A DNA stretch of 64,000 nt from Promethearchaeota archaeon (GCA_048937405.1 JBHLNF010000012.1:22002-86001); one strand, 5' to 3'. Numbered from the stretch's first letter, positions 1 to 11,186 are shown. Numbers and translations: made by a program. Notes: generated by a model not told the origin, from the sequence alone.

Positions 1-1
1 C

Positions 2-199
2 CTAGAATTAGATAATAAACTTAGAAGCATGTTTACAAATGAGAAAGAATATGAGGCTATAAAAACAGAATTAATCAAATCTCCTCTTTCTATACCTTCT
101 AATTTTATAAAATCTTATGATGAAATGCAAAAAGAACTGCAGCAGATCTCTAAAGATGAGATGAAATATTTAGATTTGGATTCTGATTTAGATGAATGA
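2..199 (+). CDS. 3' end of a CDS entering from the left edge (hypothetical)
   Basis: Frame 2 is open from base 2 (LELDNKLRSMF...YLDLDSDLDE) to TGA at 197-199. Confidence 0.7.
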   Translation, partial: LELDNKLRSMFTNEKEYEAIKTELIKSPLSIPSNFIKSYDEMQKELQQISKDEMKYLDLDSDLDE

Positions 200-676
200 A
201 GCATCTTCTTAATAAAAATGTTTATATCTTACCTAATTCAATTTTTTTTTAATTAGGAACATTTCCATACGTGTTGAAAATTGGTCCTAATACCTTTAAA
301 TACAGCAAAAGATAAAACATATAATGTAGTTCACTTTATATATCCTCGGGAGAATAGAGTGGACCCTAATTTATTAGAAATTATAAGATATTATTGGGTA
401 GCTCTTTTTAAAATATTCCCATTTGGAATAAGGTTATATTTATCCCACTTTTTTTAAGATATAAGGAAATACTATAGGTTAAATCTTAAATAAATTTCAA
501 ATTTCTATTGCTTTTCTCAAAGCAATTCAATTTGTAAAAATTTGGTCTTTATAGATTTATATATACTTCAAATTTTTCTAGATATAGCTTTTAAATTCAT
601 TAAAGCGAAATTTGATGAAAAAAATAAAAAATAATACATTATTGATGTTTTTTAAAAAATTTTTGGTGAAATCAAC

Positions 677-3600
677 ATGAGAAATTCAATAAAAAATACA
701 ATAGTTTTATTTATTTTGGGATTTATTTTTGGATGTTTAATTCTAACTAACTCTAATTTTAAGATTTGTCAAGAAATGAATTTTAGAAATCTGGAAGGCG
801 ATACTATTGATAATAAATCTCATGAAAATGAACTTTTAAAATCTAGTAATGGAGAAATTAACCTTATCACCCCTGAAGATAAAGTTTATTATAAACCAAT
901 GAGCGGATATTATCCTGGGACTAATAGCTTCGATCATGATGAAGTTGGTACTGAACCGACTTGGTTTCAAAAAGTCGGAACTGAGGGTGGAACTGCACAA
1001 GTTATTGATGCGCTTGATGGACATAAAACAGTCTTGGAACTTCATGATACTGATGAAACTAATAACACCTATGTCAGAAAAGATCTCTTCTCTAATCCCC
1101 AAAGTGGTACAGTTGAATTTTGGATGAGAACTGATAACATTTCTAAGGCGTGTGGTTTTTTTTTAGTGGGGGGAATATTTGACCCAACAATAATAGTATT
1201 AGTGCGAACTTGGTCCGATTCTATTCAATTCTGGAATGGATCAGATTGGAAATACATTGCACTCATCCAAAATGATGAATGGTTTCATGTAAGGATTGAT
1301 TTTGAATGTACTAGCGGAAACTACAGTGGTTTAGATCAATATACTAGCAGGATCTTTATAAATGGCGGTCAATCTCGACTCATTCCATTTAACTCTGACA
1401 AACTTAATGTTGTAAGTACTGTATGGTTTAGTGATTTTTTAATGCCATTTTATGATCATTATTTATATATTGATGCAATAGCATTTTCTTGGATTGAACG
1501 TTGTAATATTGCTGATAATATGAATGATGGATTATTGTTAAAATTTCAAGCACCATCTAACCTAACCTGGATAGGTTATTCACTAAATGGGCTGGATAAT
1601 ATAACAATATTAGGTGAAACCGCAATTCCCAAGCCTGGAAATGGAAATCATTCAATTCAAGTATTTGGCAAGGATTCAGAAGAAACTGTTTACTTATCAG
1701 AATTAAGGATTTTTGAAGTAAACAACCCGACACTCGTATTGATTCCAGGGATTGGAGGTGATAGTAAAGATTTATTAGACGGAATTACTTCATTGAAGCT
1801 TGATTTGGATGATAATGGAATTAACGATTTTATTGATTATTATGGATCTCAAAATATAATCAATATAAGTTATTATAATAGAACTACACCCAGACCAGAG
1901 TTTGACGAAATAAAAAATGCAAGAAAAACTTCAATTAAAGTTATTGCAAATGCTGTCAAATCCTTTATAATAAATGAATTTAATGTAGGTAATATAAAAA
2001 CACATATCGACTTGCTATGCTGGTCATATGGAGGTTTAGTAACTCGAACTATGATAAAAGAACACTATAATGAGCTTGGAAAGACAGGAATTAATATAAT
2101 TCACGTAGGGATATATGGGACTCCAAATCATGGCACATGGGGTTCCAATCGTTGTATCTGGAATTGTATTAATAACGACACTATAGACGATCTGCCTTTA
2201 AATTGGGAAGAAAAAGCAGGTTATAATATGTATACCTTTGGAAAATTTCTAGTAAATCTTAATTCTGGTGATGAAACCCCTTTCAACATATATTATAATA
2301 CGTATAGGGGTGTACTTAGCTATGACCCTGCCTATCGTGGTAAGCCTAAAAGTATAATGAATAACACTGAGGATTATGATATGGCATTAGTTAACCAAGC
2401 CTTTGATATTATTGGTGAATATTTTGATGGGTTGATTACAACAGAGTCAGTGAAATTATCAGGAGCCTTTAATAATAGACTTTATTGGGGTATTGGTCAT
2501 TCTGGTATTGTAAATTTCCCAGAAGTTCAAAAGGATATATTATGGGACCTAAAACATTATCCAGCAGTGGAAATTGATGTAAAATCCCCAATAAATCAAA
2601 CATATTATAAACCATCGGATGGTTATTATCCAGGAACTAATAGTTTCGATCATGATGAAGTTGGATGTCAACCGGCATGGTTTTTAGAAGTCGGAACAGA
2701 TGGTGGAACTGTACATACAATTGATGAGCTTGATGGGCATAAAACTGTTCTGGAACTACAAGATACAAATGAAACTCAAAATGTTCGTGCCATAAAAAAT
2801 ATCCCTATGATTCCCTCTAAAGGTACTGTAGAATTTTGGATGAGAACTAACGACACTTCTAAAGCATGTGGCTTATATTTGAGCGGTGGAATTAGTTTCT
2901 CTACAATTATTTCAGTAGTAACTTGGCTCGATACTATTCGATATTGGAACGGATCAGAATACATAAATATTACAAACATCCAAAACAATGAATGGATACA
3001 TGTAAGACTTGATTTTGAATGTACAATCGGAAATTATAATGGTCTAGATCAATATACTTGGTGTATATATATAAATGGTATACGATATGGAAATTTTCCC
3101 TTAATTGAAGAGGTAGATTTTATAAATAGAATTGTATGGTTAACCGATTGGTTTTTTGGATTTTCAAATTATTATTATTATATTGATGCTATAGGGTTCT
3201 CTTGGGATGATAATTATAACATTGGAGATAATATGAATGAAGGTTTTTTGCTAAGTTTTGATAAAAATTTTGAACATAATTGGATAAGTTACTCATTGAA
3301 CGGAGGGGATAACAATATAATATTAGGAAATAAAAGTATCCCCTTACCAGATGATGGAGTATATTCAATAAAATTATCCAGTGAAGAATGGTCGGGAGAA
3401 GTATACCAATCTGATATTAGGTATTTCTCGATAGATGCGAATGCTCCTGTGATTACTATTAATTCACCAAATCAAAATGATTTATTAGGTATATTACCTC
3501 CAGCTTTCGAATTATCAATTTTTGATTTAAGTTTAGCTAGTACATGGTACACTCTTGATGGTGGAATAACAAATATTACATTTTCTGGGTTGACATTAAC

Positions 3601-4099
3601 CATCAATGAGGTTGAATGGGAAAAAATAAGTAATGGAACTGTAGGTATAAGGTTTTTTGCCAATGATTCTTGGGGAATTGAAGGATTTACAGACATAACA
3701 CTTAGAAAAGATGCTAATGTTCCAGATATTGTAATAAATTATCCACTTTATAATGAAGCATTTGGTCATTCTCCACCAAATTTTAACATTTCTATAGTTG
3801 AGGATGATTTAATTATCTCTAACTGGTATACAATCGAAGGGATTACAGGAAATTTTTACTTTACAGACTTCATAGGAACAATAAATGAAGATGCATGGGA
3901 AGATCTATCTGAGGGAGAAATAACTATAACTTTTTATACAGTAGATAGAGCAGGGAATGAGGGAATTGAAACCGTAGTTGTTATAAAATATTTTCCTTCA
4001 AAACAAGCAGTTTCAGGATACAATTTAATAATTTTCATTAGTATTTTATCCATTGTATCACTAATAATTGATGCGAAAATAAGGAAATATGTTAAATAA
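677..4099 (+). CDS. Secreted, membrane-anchored multidomain protein: two ConA/LamG-like repeats flanking an alpha/beta hydrolase domain, Ig-like repeats and a Loki-CTERM-like anchor
   Basis: N-terminal signal peptide; duplicated YYPGTNSFDHDEVG...GTVEFWMRT...YIDAI module; hydrolase motifs LIPGIGG, CWSYGG, GTPNHG, FDGLI, GIGHSG; C-terminal SGYN + TM + basic tail; GGTGA SD upstream. Confidence 0.8.
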   Translation: MRNSIKNTIVLFILGFIFGCLILTNSNFKICQEMNFRNLEGDTIDNKSHENELLKSSNGEINLITPEDKVYYKPMSGYYPGTNSFDHDEVGTEPTWFQKVGTEGGTAQVIDALDGHKTVLELHDTDETNNTYVRKDLFSNPQSGTVEFWMRTDNISKACGFFLVGGIFDPTIIVLVRTWSDSIQFWNGSDWKYIALIQNDEWFHVRIDFECTSGNYSGLDQYTSRIFINGGQSRLIPFNSDKLNVVSTVWFSDFLMPFYDHYLYIDAIAFSWIERCNIADNMNDGLLLKFQAPSNLTWIGYSLNGLDNITILGETAIPKPGNGNHSIQVFGKDSEETVYLSELRIFEVNNPTLVLIPGIGGDSKDLLDGITSLKLDLDDNGINDFIDYYGSQNIINISYYNRTTPRPEFDEIKNARKTSIKVIANAVKSFIINEFNVGNIKTHIDLLCWSYGGLVTRTMIKEHYNELGKTGINIIHVGIYGTPNHGTWGSNRCIWNCINNDTIDDLPLNWEEKAGYNMYTFGKFLVNLNSGDETPFNIYYNTYRGVLSYDPAYRGKPKSIMNNTEDYDMALVNQAFDIIGEYFDGLITTESVKLSGAFNNRLYWGIGHSGIVNFPEVQKDILWDLKHYPAVEIDVKSPINQTYYKPSDGYYPGTNSFDHDEVGCQPAWFLEVGTDGGTVHTIDELDGHKTVLELQDTNETQNVRAIKNIPMIPSKGTVEFWMRTNDTSKACGLYLSGGISFSTIISVVTWLDTIRYWNGSEYINITNIQNNEWIHVRLDFECTIGNYNGLDQYTWCIYINGIRYGNFPLIEEVDFINRIVWLTDWFFGFSNYYYYIDAIGFSWDDNYNIGDNMNEGFLLSFDKNFEHNWISYSLNGGDNNIILGNKSIPLPDDGVYSIKLSSEEWSGEVYQSDIRYFSIDANAPVITINSPNQNDLLGILPPAFELSIFDLSLASTWYTLDGGITNITFSGLTLTINEVEWEKISNGTVGIRFFANDSWGIEGFTDITLRKDANVPDIVINYPLYNEAFGHSPPNFNISIVEDDLIISNWYTIEGITGNFYFTDFIGTINEDAWEDLSEGEITITFYTVDRAGNEGIETVVVIKYFPSKQAVSGYNLIIFISILSIVSLIIDAKIRKYVK

Positions 4100-4279
4100 A
4101 CCTATTTTTTTTCTTTAAACTTGATTTTTTTGAATTAAAGTTTATTTCAGAATTATTAGAGGGAATAAAGTTATCTCAACAGCTATATCCTCATATTCTT
4201 GAATTAATTAGCCTTTATTTTTCTCTTATAAAGAAACAGAATAGTTATTTTAAAAATATTAAATCTGAATTAAATTATA

Positions 4280-4858
4280 TTATTGCTTTTCTCTAAGATA
4301 AAATCCTTTATCGATTAAATTCTTAGCGATCACTTTATTTGGGTGAACTTTTTGTATAAATTGATAATCAATTTTAGACTGTGCTAAAGCTAGGATTTCT
4401 TCATTTTTATTAAAGATCAAGAGAATATCATTCTGTTCAAAAGAATCAAGAATCGCAAGTATCATCTTTTTTAATAAATTATTTCCATATAGAATAGATT
4501 TTTCTCCATTATTATTGACTTGAACTTTCTTAAAACCAGAAATTATTTTATTAAAATATAAAAATTCTGCTCCTTCTAAGCTTAGATAAAAATTACCTTT
4601 TTTAATAAAACCAAAATACAGACCTACTGAGATAATTTTATTATTATCTAAAGTTGTCAATAATTTTATTTGAGATTCGGGAATTAAATAGATATTTGGG
4701 AATTTATTTTTAGTTTTTAATTTATCTATTGAAATATATAAACGTGTTGTAAGATTTTCTATAATTTTAGAAAACTCTATAGAGATATTAGAATAATTAT
4801 TGATAATTATTTGTTTTTCAATTTCATTTATCCTTCGAAAATAGAGATTATCATTCAT
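4280..4858 (-). CDS. NIP7-like PUA-domain ribosome biogenesis protein
   Basis: SVGLYFGFIKKGNFYLSLEG, GEKSILYGN and C-terminal NLIDKGFYLR match NIP7/UPF0113. Confidence 0.8.
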   Translation of the reverse strand: MNDNLYFRRINEIEKQIIINNYSNISIEFSKIIENLTTRLYISIDKLKTKNKFPNIYLIPESQIKLLTTLDNNKIISVGLYFGFIKKGNFYLSLEGAEFLYFNKIISGFKKVQVNNNGEKSILYGNNLLKKMILAILDSFEQNDILLIFNKNEEILALAQSKIDYQFIQKVHPNKVIAKNLIDKGFYLREKQ

Positions 4859-4988
4859 ATTACAATAGAATAAAAAGAATTAGAAATAAGAATTATTATG
4901 AATATTAATCTATACTGATATTAAAAAATGATTCTCTTTAATTCTAAAAAAAAAAAGAAAACCTTAGATTCGAAAATATTAATCCAAC

Positions 4989-5834
4989 TTATTTTATTTT
5001 AAGTTTTTTAGATTCTTTTATATTTTGTTTTGTTAAATTAAAATGAGTAAGTTGGTTTTTTAAATCCTCTGCTAATGTCCCCAATTTCTGTGCTGTAATT
5101 GATATCTCCTCGATTGAAGTAGATTGCTCCTCTGATGATGCACTTATCTCCTCAATAGAGGAAGATGTTCTAACAATTTTATCAACAATTTCTCTAATTT
5201 CAGAATCTGTATTTTGCACTGCTTTTTTTGATTCTTCAGCTAATTTTCTCACTTCATCTGCTACTACAGCAAATCCTCTTCCATGCTCACCAGCTCTTCC
5301 AGCTTCAATACTCGCATTAAGTGCCAATAAATTTGTTTGTTCTGAGATATTGGTTATGAGTTCCATTATATTTTGAATTTTATTTGAGGAATTTACAACT
5401 TCTTGAGAATCTGAAGCAATTCCATTAGTTTTAGAGGTTATTTCTTCTGAAGCTGCATTTACTTCACTCACGCTTGCTGCCATTTCAGAAGCGATATTTG
5501 CTACTGTTATTGAAGTTTCAGAACTAGTGTTTAATAAATCCTTAATTGTATTCTCTTGACGTCGAATAACTCTAATAACATAAAAAAATGAATAGAAAAT
5601 TAATGAAACAGCAGGAGGGACCAAACATGCAATAATAATAATCTCACCATCAAAAGGATCTAGGGCGATTATCACAAATATCACCAACACCATAATGGAT
5701 GAAGTATTAATTGTAATTACTTTAAAAGATAAAGATTCTCTGTTTAATCTATACTTTCTCTGAAAGAAAATGAAAGCTAAGATAAAAACTACTATAACCA
5801 TTAAGAATTCATATACAAGTGGTAGTTTAGGCAT
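4989..5834 (-). CDS. Methyl-accepting chemotaxis protein (short signalling domain)
   Basis: Hairpin-tip motif [37 protein letters not shown]; three N-terminal hydrophobic segments. Confidence 0.92.
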   Translation of the reverse strand: MPKLPLVYEFLMVIVVFILAFIFFQRKYRLNRESLSFKVITINTSSIMVLVIFVIIALDPFDGEIIIIACLVPPAVSLIFYSFFYVIRVIRRQENTIKDLLNTSSETSITVANIASEMAASVSEVNAASEEITSKTNGIASDSQEVVNSSNKIQNIMELITNISEQTNLLALNASIEAGRAGEHGRGFAVVADEVRKLAEESKKAVQNTDSEIREIVDKIVRTSSSIEEISASSEEQSTSIEEISITAQKLGTLAEDLKNQLTHFNLTKQNIKESKKLKIK

Positions 5835-6009
5835 AAGTAATTATTGGAAATTGTTGTAATTATTATATTTTAATTTTTAAAAATAATATTAGAATTACTT
5901 TTTAAGGTTTTTTAAAAACAAATATTAACTACGTTTCACCTCAAAAAGATATTTATTTTTACTTAAAAGATATTTTAAAATGTCGTTTTTAGTTCATCAC
6001 TAATCAAAA

Positions 6010-6038
6010 TAATTCATAACAATTAAATTAAAAAAATA
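6010..6038. repeat. 29-bp direct repeat, copy 1, upstream of MCP 4989-5834
   Basis: TAATTCATAACAATTAAATTAAAAAAATA, identical to 7295-7323. Confidence 0.8.
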
Positions 6039-6110
6039 ACAAGAAAAGGATTTGTCAAGAATTATTACTCAACTTATTTATAATTTTTTGATTAAAATCT
6101 ATTTTCTTTA

Positions 6111-7055
6111 CTAAGCTAACTGAAATTGAGTTAATTTATCTTTCAGATCTTCCGCCATATTACCCAGTTTCTGTGCAGTGGTTGAAATTTCCTCAATTGA
6201 ACTGGTTTGTTGTTCTGCTGATGCGCTAATTCCTTCTATTGCAATTGAATTTTCTTGCACGGCTGACGTAGCACTCTCTATATTCTGAGTAATTGTTGAG
6301 ATTAAATTAACTGTAGTTTTGAGACGTTCGCTAATATCTTGGATTTTTACTCCAGTGTTTCCAACAGCACTTTTAGATTCTTCAGCTAATTTTCTTACTT
6401 CATCAGCAACTACTGCAAATCCACGACCATGTTCCCCTGCTCTTCCCGCTTCGATACTTGCATTAAGTGCCAATAAATTGGTTTGCTCGGCAATCGAAGT
6501 GATAATATCCATTATGTCATTAATATCCTTGGAAGATTGCATAACCTCTTTCGCATAGTTATTAATTTCATTTGCCATACTATTTATTTCTACTAAGGAA
6601 TTTGCTTGAGACTGAGTATTAGAGGAAACTTGTTGTGTTGATGAGCTAATTTCTTCTGATGCTGCATTTACTTCACTCACGTTTGCTGCCATCTCCGTTG
6701 CTATATTCGCTACTATGATTGAAGTTTCAGAACTAGATTTTAGTAGATTATTAATTGTTTCCTGTTGATTCCTAATGACCTTGATAATATAATTGAATGT
6801 GAATAAAAGAAAAGAAAGGCAAGTAGGAATAATAATAAGTAATAAAATTATGTTATTATTAAAAACATCTACAGCAATCACTGCTATTAAAACGAACAAA
6901 GTAATAGAAAATATTATTAATGTCAACACTTTAAAAGCCAAATCATTTTTGCGTAATCTATATTTTCTCTGAAAGAAAAGAAAAGTTAAAACAAATGCAA
7001 TTACCATCATCGATAACTCAAACTCGATTGGAATTTGGAATGAGATTTGAAACAT
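6111..7055 (-). CDS. Methyl-accepting chemotaxis protein, paralog of 4989-5834
   Basis: Same hairpin-tip motif; shared FFQRKYRL N-terminal region; GGTGA SD upstream. Confidence 0.92.
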   Translation of the reverse strand: MFQISFQIPIEFELSMMVIAFVLTFLFFQRKYRLRKNDLAFKVLTLIIFSITLFVLIAVIAVDVFNNNIILLLIIIPTCLSFLLFTFNYIIKVIRNQQETINNLLKSSSETSIIVANIATEMAANVSEVNAASEEISSSTQQVSSNTQSQANSLVEINSMANEINNYAKEVMQSSKDINDIMDIITSIAEQTNLLALNASIEAGRAGEHGRGFAVVADEVRKLAEESKSAVGNTGVKIQDISERLKTTVNLISTITQNIESATSAVQENSIAIEGISASAEQQTSSIEEISTTAQKLGNMAEDLKDKLTQFQLA

Positions 7056-7294
7056 TAATTAAATCACCCAACTTAATATTTGAAATGGAACTTTAATAAA
7101 TTTGAAGAAAAAAAAAAGAGAACATCTTAATAAATTTTTGTAAATCGAAAAAATAGTTTAAATGAAGTTTCAAGATTATTCAACACTTCAGTACCAAAAG
7201 ATATAGGCTTTTAGAAATTTAATTATTTTTTATTTTAATAGAAGTTTATAAAGTAAACCTAAATTACGAAATCTCATTTTAAAATTAATATTGG

Positions 7295-7323
7295 TAATTC
7301 ATAACAATTAAATTAAAAAAATA
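7295..7323. repeat. 29-bp direct repeat, copy 2, upstream of MCP 6111-7055
   Basis: Identical to 6010-6038. Confidence 0.8.
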
Positions 7324-7489
7324 TTATAATATTATAAGAGTAAATAAATCAAATTATATATTAGAATGACTTTTTATATTATTTAAAAGATCTCGTTAAA
7401 ATAGGAATTCAGTTATTCTATTGGGAATAATCATTTTGAAGTTTGCAATATTAATATATAAAATTGTGAAAAATTAGTGATTTACAAAA

Positions 7490-8203
7490 ATGGGCATTCG
7501 TAAAATAGAAGATGAGATTGATTTAAAAGAGGCTATGAAAAAAAAGGCAACAGAGCTCAAAATGAAAGATATGCAAGCAAAAGCTTCTGTTGAGAAATTT
7601 ACTAAAGATAAACTCAGAGAATTAGCTAAACAACATGGTGTTTTATTGGCCCTAACGCCTGAATTAAGAGAAGAAGTTAAAGAATTACAGAAAAAATATA
7701 ACATTCCATCATCTAAAATTGTTACAGAACAAATAACAGAACATGATGTATTAAAAAAATTCTCGAAAATTGATTATCAGAAATTAGGAATGTTAGCGTA
7801 TCAAAGAGTATTAATGAGTAAAGAGGAAACAGGGGGAATTATCCCTTTATCAGAAGTATTTGAATTAGTTAATACTGGTATTTTGAAAGGGAATATTGAA
7901 GTTAAAGATGTTGAGAAAGCATTAAAATCACTTAAAAAAACAAAAGTTATTGAAGATATTACCGAATTAGATACAGGAAGTATCATGGTTAGGTTTTTTC
8001 CAATTCAATATACTGGGGATGAGACGAAGGTTGTCAATCTAGCTAAAGAAAAGGGAGTTCTTACTTTGGAGGATGTATGTAGTAATTTGAATTGGTCTCA
8101 AGATAGGGCATTAAGAGCATTAGAATCACTCGAAAGTAGCGGAACCGCAAAATTTAGGGAAAATATTCTAACAGGGAAACAATGGTATTTTCCATCAATA
8201 TAA
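7490..8203 (+). CDS. ESCRT-II Vps22/Vps36-like (EAP30 domain) protein
   Basis: Helical N-terminus then two winged helices (ETGGIIPLSEV; LNWSQDRALRALESL; QWYFPS); lies in the ESCRT cluster. Confidence 0.85.
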   Translation: MGIRKIEDEIDLKEAMKKKATELKMKDMQAKASVEKFTKDKLRELAKQHGVLLALTPELREEVKELQKKYNIPSSKIVTEQITEHDVLKKFSKIDYQKLGMLAYQRVLMSKEETGGIIPLSEVFELVNTGILKGNIEVKDVEKALKSLKKTKVIEDITELDTGSIMVRFFPIQYTGDETKVVNLAKEKGVLTLEDVCSNLNWSQDRALRALESLESSGTAKFRENILTGKQWYFPSI

Positions 8204-8214
8204 AAAGATATTTT

Positions 8215-9120
8215 TTATTCTAACCTAATTTTAAAAGCGATTTGTCCATTATCTAGTTTTAATACTTTTGCTTTACGGTTCTTGGCTAGGATCTTAAAAA
8301 TTTCTTCTAAATCTTCTAATGGAAGTGAACTAAAATCCTCTTGTTTTACTTCTCTCAATTCATATATCATAATGGGCTCGATCTTTCCATTTTCATATGC
8401 CCAATTATATATTTCATCTGACCATACTTCAAGTGTCTTCCAATAAACTCTTAGCTTATCCTTTTTTTTTGATAACCATTTAGCTTGATTTTGACTTATT
8501 AATTCTTCAGCAATTTCTTTTATATATTGTTCACGTTTGGAGAAAGTTATGAATGGTTTATGAGTAATTATTTCTCTGGTATATATGATATGAAGAACGG
8601 CAAATCTAACATAATCGAAAAGAACTTTTGCCCATTCTACTTTCCAAGAGATATAATCATTTTTATTCTTATTCTTATCAGGCATTGTATACATAAATTT
8701 CTTTCTTTCTTCTTCCAGCCAAGGATATGCCTTTAATAAATTTTCATAAGCAGTTAATTTTTTTTCTAATAAACCCTTCTCTCCAAGAATTTCTTCCTCA
8801 AGAGTTTGTAATTCTGTTTCGACTTGCTCCGCATGTTTTTGATATACTTTTGTATCAATCTCACCCAATTTAGATGATAGTATATCTTCAAGTTTATCAA
8901 ATTGATCTTCAATATAATTTAATTCAGTAGATTTAATGTCATCTTTTTTAATAATTTGTTTTTGAGTCGCCTCAAGTTCTAATTGTTCTTTTTCTTGTTT
9001 TAATTTTCTTAAACGGGTTAATTCTTTCCTTAATTCTTCTAATCCTTTTTCTGCTTTTTCCTTATCTACCTTAGGAATTTCCTTAGGCTTCTCTCTTTGT
9101 TTTTCCATTTTACTCCTCAA
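8215..9120 (-). CDS. ESCRT-II Vps25-like protein with N-terminal coiled coil
   Basis: WKVEWAKVLFDY and YWKTLEVWSDEIYNWA resemble the Vps25 winged helices; directly downstream of vps4. Confidence 0.8.
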   Translation of the reverse strand: MRSKMEKQREKPKEIPKVDKEKAEKGLEELRKELTRLRKLKQEKEQLELEATQKQIIKKDDIKSTELNYIEDQFDKLEDILSSKLGEIDTKVYQKHAEQVETELQTLEEEILGEKGLLEKKLTAYENLLKAYPWLEEERKKFMYTMPDKNKNKNDYISWKVEWAKVLFDYVRFAVLHIIYTREIITHKPFITFSKREQYIKEIAEELISQNQAKWLSKKKDKLRVYWKTLEVWSDEIYNWAYENGKIEPIMIYELREVKQEDFSSLPLEDLEEIFKILAKNRKAKVLKLDNGQIAFKIRLE

Positions 9121-9126
9121 TTTTTA

Positions 9127-10338
9127 TTAAGCTTCTCCAAACTCCACAGCCCAATCATTATATTGCTTTAATAATGCCTTGTTAGTCATTGGTTTTACTT
9201 TTTTAAGAGTTCTTTTAAAATCTTTCAAAGCAATGTCTCTTACTTGTACTTCTCTATCTGAATTCTCTAAAAGGCCACTCATATCTAATTCACGTACAGG
9301 TAACATTATTACTTCACGACATACATTTGCTATATCTCTTCCCGAATATCCCTCAGTTCTTACTGCTAATTCAATAAAATCTTCATCTGTTAATGCTGTA
9401 TTTACACCCGCAGTATGGATTTTAAATATTCCTACTCGTCCTTTTAAATCTGGGAGAGGAACATGCACTCTTTTTTCAAATCTACTTAACATAGCATTGT
9501 CTATATCCCATGGACGATTAGTTGCACCTAATACTAAGAGGGGTTTATCATGAGTCGACTTTAATCCCTGTATTTCACTTAATAGCTGTGTTTTTACCCT
9601 TCGCTCTCCACCACTTTCAGCACCTTCTCCCCGTTTTGTCGCTACAGAATCAATTTCGTCCATAAATATTAAACTAGGTGCTTTCATTCGAGCAACCTTG
9701 AATAAAGAACTTATTAATTTTTCACTTTCTCCTAACCATTTGCTTAGTAAATCAGCCGAGGATGCACTGAAAAATGTAGCTTTGCATTCTGTTGCTGCTG
9801 CTTTTGCTAATAATGTTTTACCACATCCAGGAGGTCCGAATAGAAGTATTCCAGACCAAGGTCTTCTCGCTCCAGTAAACAATTCTGGTTTTGCTATTGG
9901 TAAAACAATCGCTTCTCTAACAGCTTGTTTAACATTTTCTAATCCAGCAATATCATTCCATTTTACATTGGGAGATTCTGTGACGATTGTTCCTGATATC
10001 ATATCAATGAGTTCTTGCTCTTCCGAGGATACTTCTATTTCAGATTTGCTAGCATCACCTGACTTACTAGAACTTATGCTTGGTCTTGTTCCTCTTGGTC
10101 TAGCTCCTCCCAATTGAGATTTTAATACTTTTGCACGTTCAACATATTCTTCAATATTTTTTTGACATAAGAGCCTCATTTGAGGGTTCTTGTTATATTT
10201 CATAAACTGCATTAATATTTCTGCTGCTCGTTGATATTTGTTTATTGCTTGTCTGTATTTACCTTGACTGTCTAAAGCCACCGCCTCCTTAGCAGTTTGT
10301 ACTGCGAATTGATAAAGTTTAGAATCAACTGATGACAT
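9127..10338 (-). CDS. vps4: Vps4 AAA+ ATPase (MIT + AAA)
   Basis: N-terminal MIT domain; Walker A GPPGCGKT, pore loop SKWLGESEK, Walker B FMDEIDS, ATNRPW, C-terminal Vps4_C-like helix. Confidence 0.95.
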   Translation of the reverse strand: MSSVDSKLYQFAVQTAKEAVALDSQGKYRQAINKYQRAAEILMQFMKYNKNPQMRLLCQKNIEEYVERAKVLKSQLGGARPRGTRPSISSSKSGDASKSEIEVSSEEQELIDMISGTIVTESPNVKWNDIAGLENVKQAVREAIVLPIAKPELFTGARRPWSGILLFGPPGCGKTLLAKAAATECKATFFSASSADLLSKWLGESEKLISSLFKVARMKAPSLIFMDEIDSVATKRGEGAESGGERRVKTQLLSEIQGLKSTHDKPLLVLGATNRPWDIDNAMLSRFEKRVHVPLPDLKGRVGIFKIHTAGVNTALTDEDFIELAVRTEGYSGRDIANVCREVIMLPVRELDMSGLLENSDREVQVRDIALKDFKRTLKKVKPMTNKALLKQYNDWAVEFGEA

Positions 10339-10538
10339 ATTAAATATACCAAGATATTTTTACTATTTATAGCTAATGTAATTTATTATTCGGTATAATT
10401 AATAATTTTATCTCTCTCTATCTATTTTGTTGTATAAATAACGAGAAAGTTCTTTTCCTTGACTATATAATTATTGGACTCCAAAAATAATTATATAAGA
10501 CCGAAGTTTTATATATATTATATAATTACTAATAAATT

Positions 10539-11186
10539 TTGATGATTATGGGTTTTCTGAAAGATATCTCAAAATGGTTATCAGGTGGTAAGAGAGGGAA
10601 AGACAATATTCGCTCTGCCGCAGTTAAATTAAAAGTCTTTAATAAAAGATTGATGAGACAGACTAAAAAATTAGAGATGAGTGCAAAACTCGCAAGAGAT
10701 AAAGCTGTACATTTAAGAAAAGAAGGAGATTTAGATGGTTCAAAATTTCAGGCACGCAATTATCTTCAAGTTAAAAAACAAGCAAGAGCAATTGAACAAT
10801 TTCGTACAAACTTGGAAGGATTACAATTTAAATTAGAGCAAGCAACAGCAGTTAAAGATGTATCACAAATTATGACAGGTATTGCTCAATCTCTATCTAC
10901 ATTAAAAAATCAACTTTCTGTGCCACAAATGACTCAAATTATGAGCCAAATTGATATTGATATGGAGGAATTTGCCGTAACAGCGGATATTGCAACAGAA
11001 GGAATGGATAGCATTAGTATTGATACTGCGGTCACAGATTCGGATGTAACTGAGGTTTTAGGAGAAATTGATGCTGAAATTCAGGTAGAAATGGGTGTAG
11101 CTTTACCAAGTGCTGCTTCTGGGGCATCTGATGAGAAAATCGCGGAGTTGGAAAAGGAATTAAATCGATTGAAATCTGACGAATAG
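10539..11186 (+). CDS. ESCRT-III Snf7-family protein (Vps2/24/46-like)
   Basis: Basic N-half and acidic C-half; C-terminal MIM1-like helix ELEKELNRLK; true start probably ATG 10548. Confidence 0.9.
   Translation: MMIMGFLKDISKWLSGGKRGKDNIRSAAVKLKVFNKRLMRQTKKLEMSAKLARDKAVHLRKEGDLDGSKFQARNYLQVKKQARAIEQFRTNLEGLQFKLEQATAVKDVSQIMTGIAQSLSTLKNQLSVPQMTQIMSQIDIDMEEFAVTADIATEGMDSISIDTAVTDSDVTEVLGEIDAEIQVEMGVALPSAASGASDEKIAELEKELNRLKSDE

Noticed and set aside
200-676. Short ORF fragments and the small hairpin TTGCTTT-N4-AAAGCAA in the first intergenic region
   Set aside because: Frames are broken by stops with no recognisable product; the hairpin is short and expected by chance in AT-rich DNA
9179-10117. 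Plus-strand ORFs 9179..9553 and 9698..10117, and the other short track ORFs nested in long genes (e.g. 6319, 12513, 26012, 27767, 36222, 51793)
   Set aside because: They lie antisense or out of frame inside genes with clear motifs and show no motifs of their own
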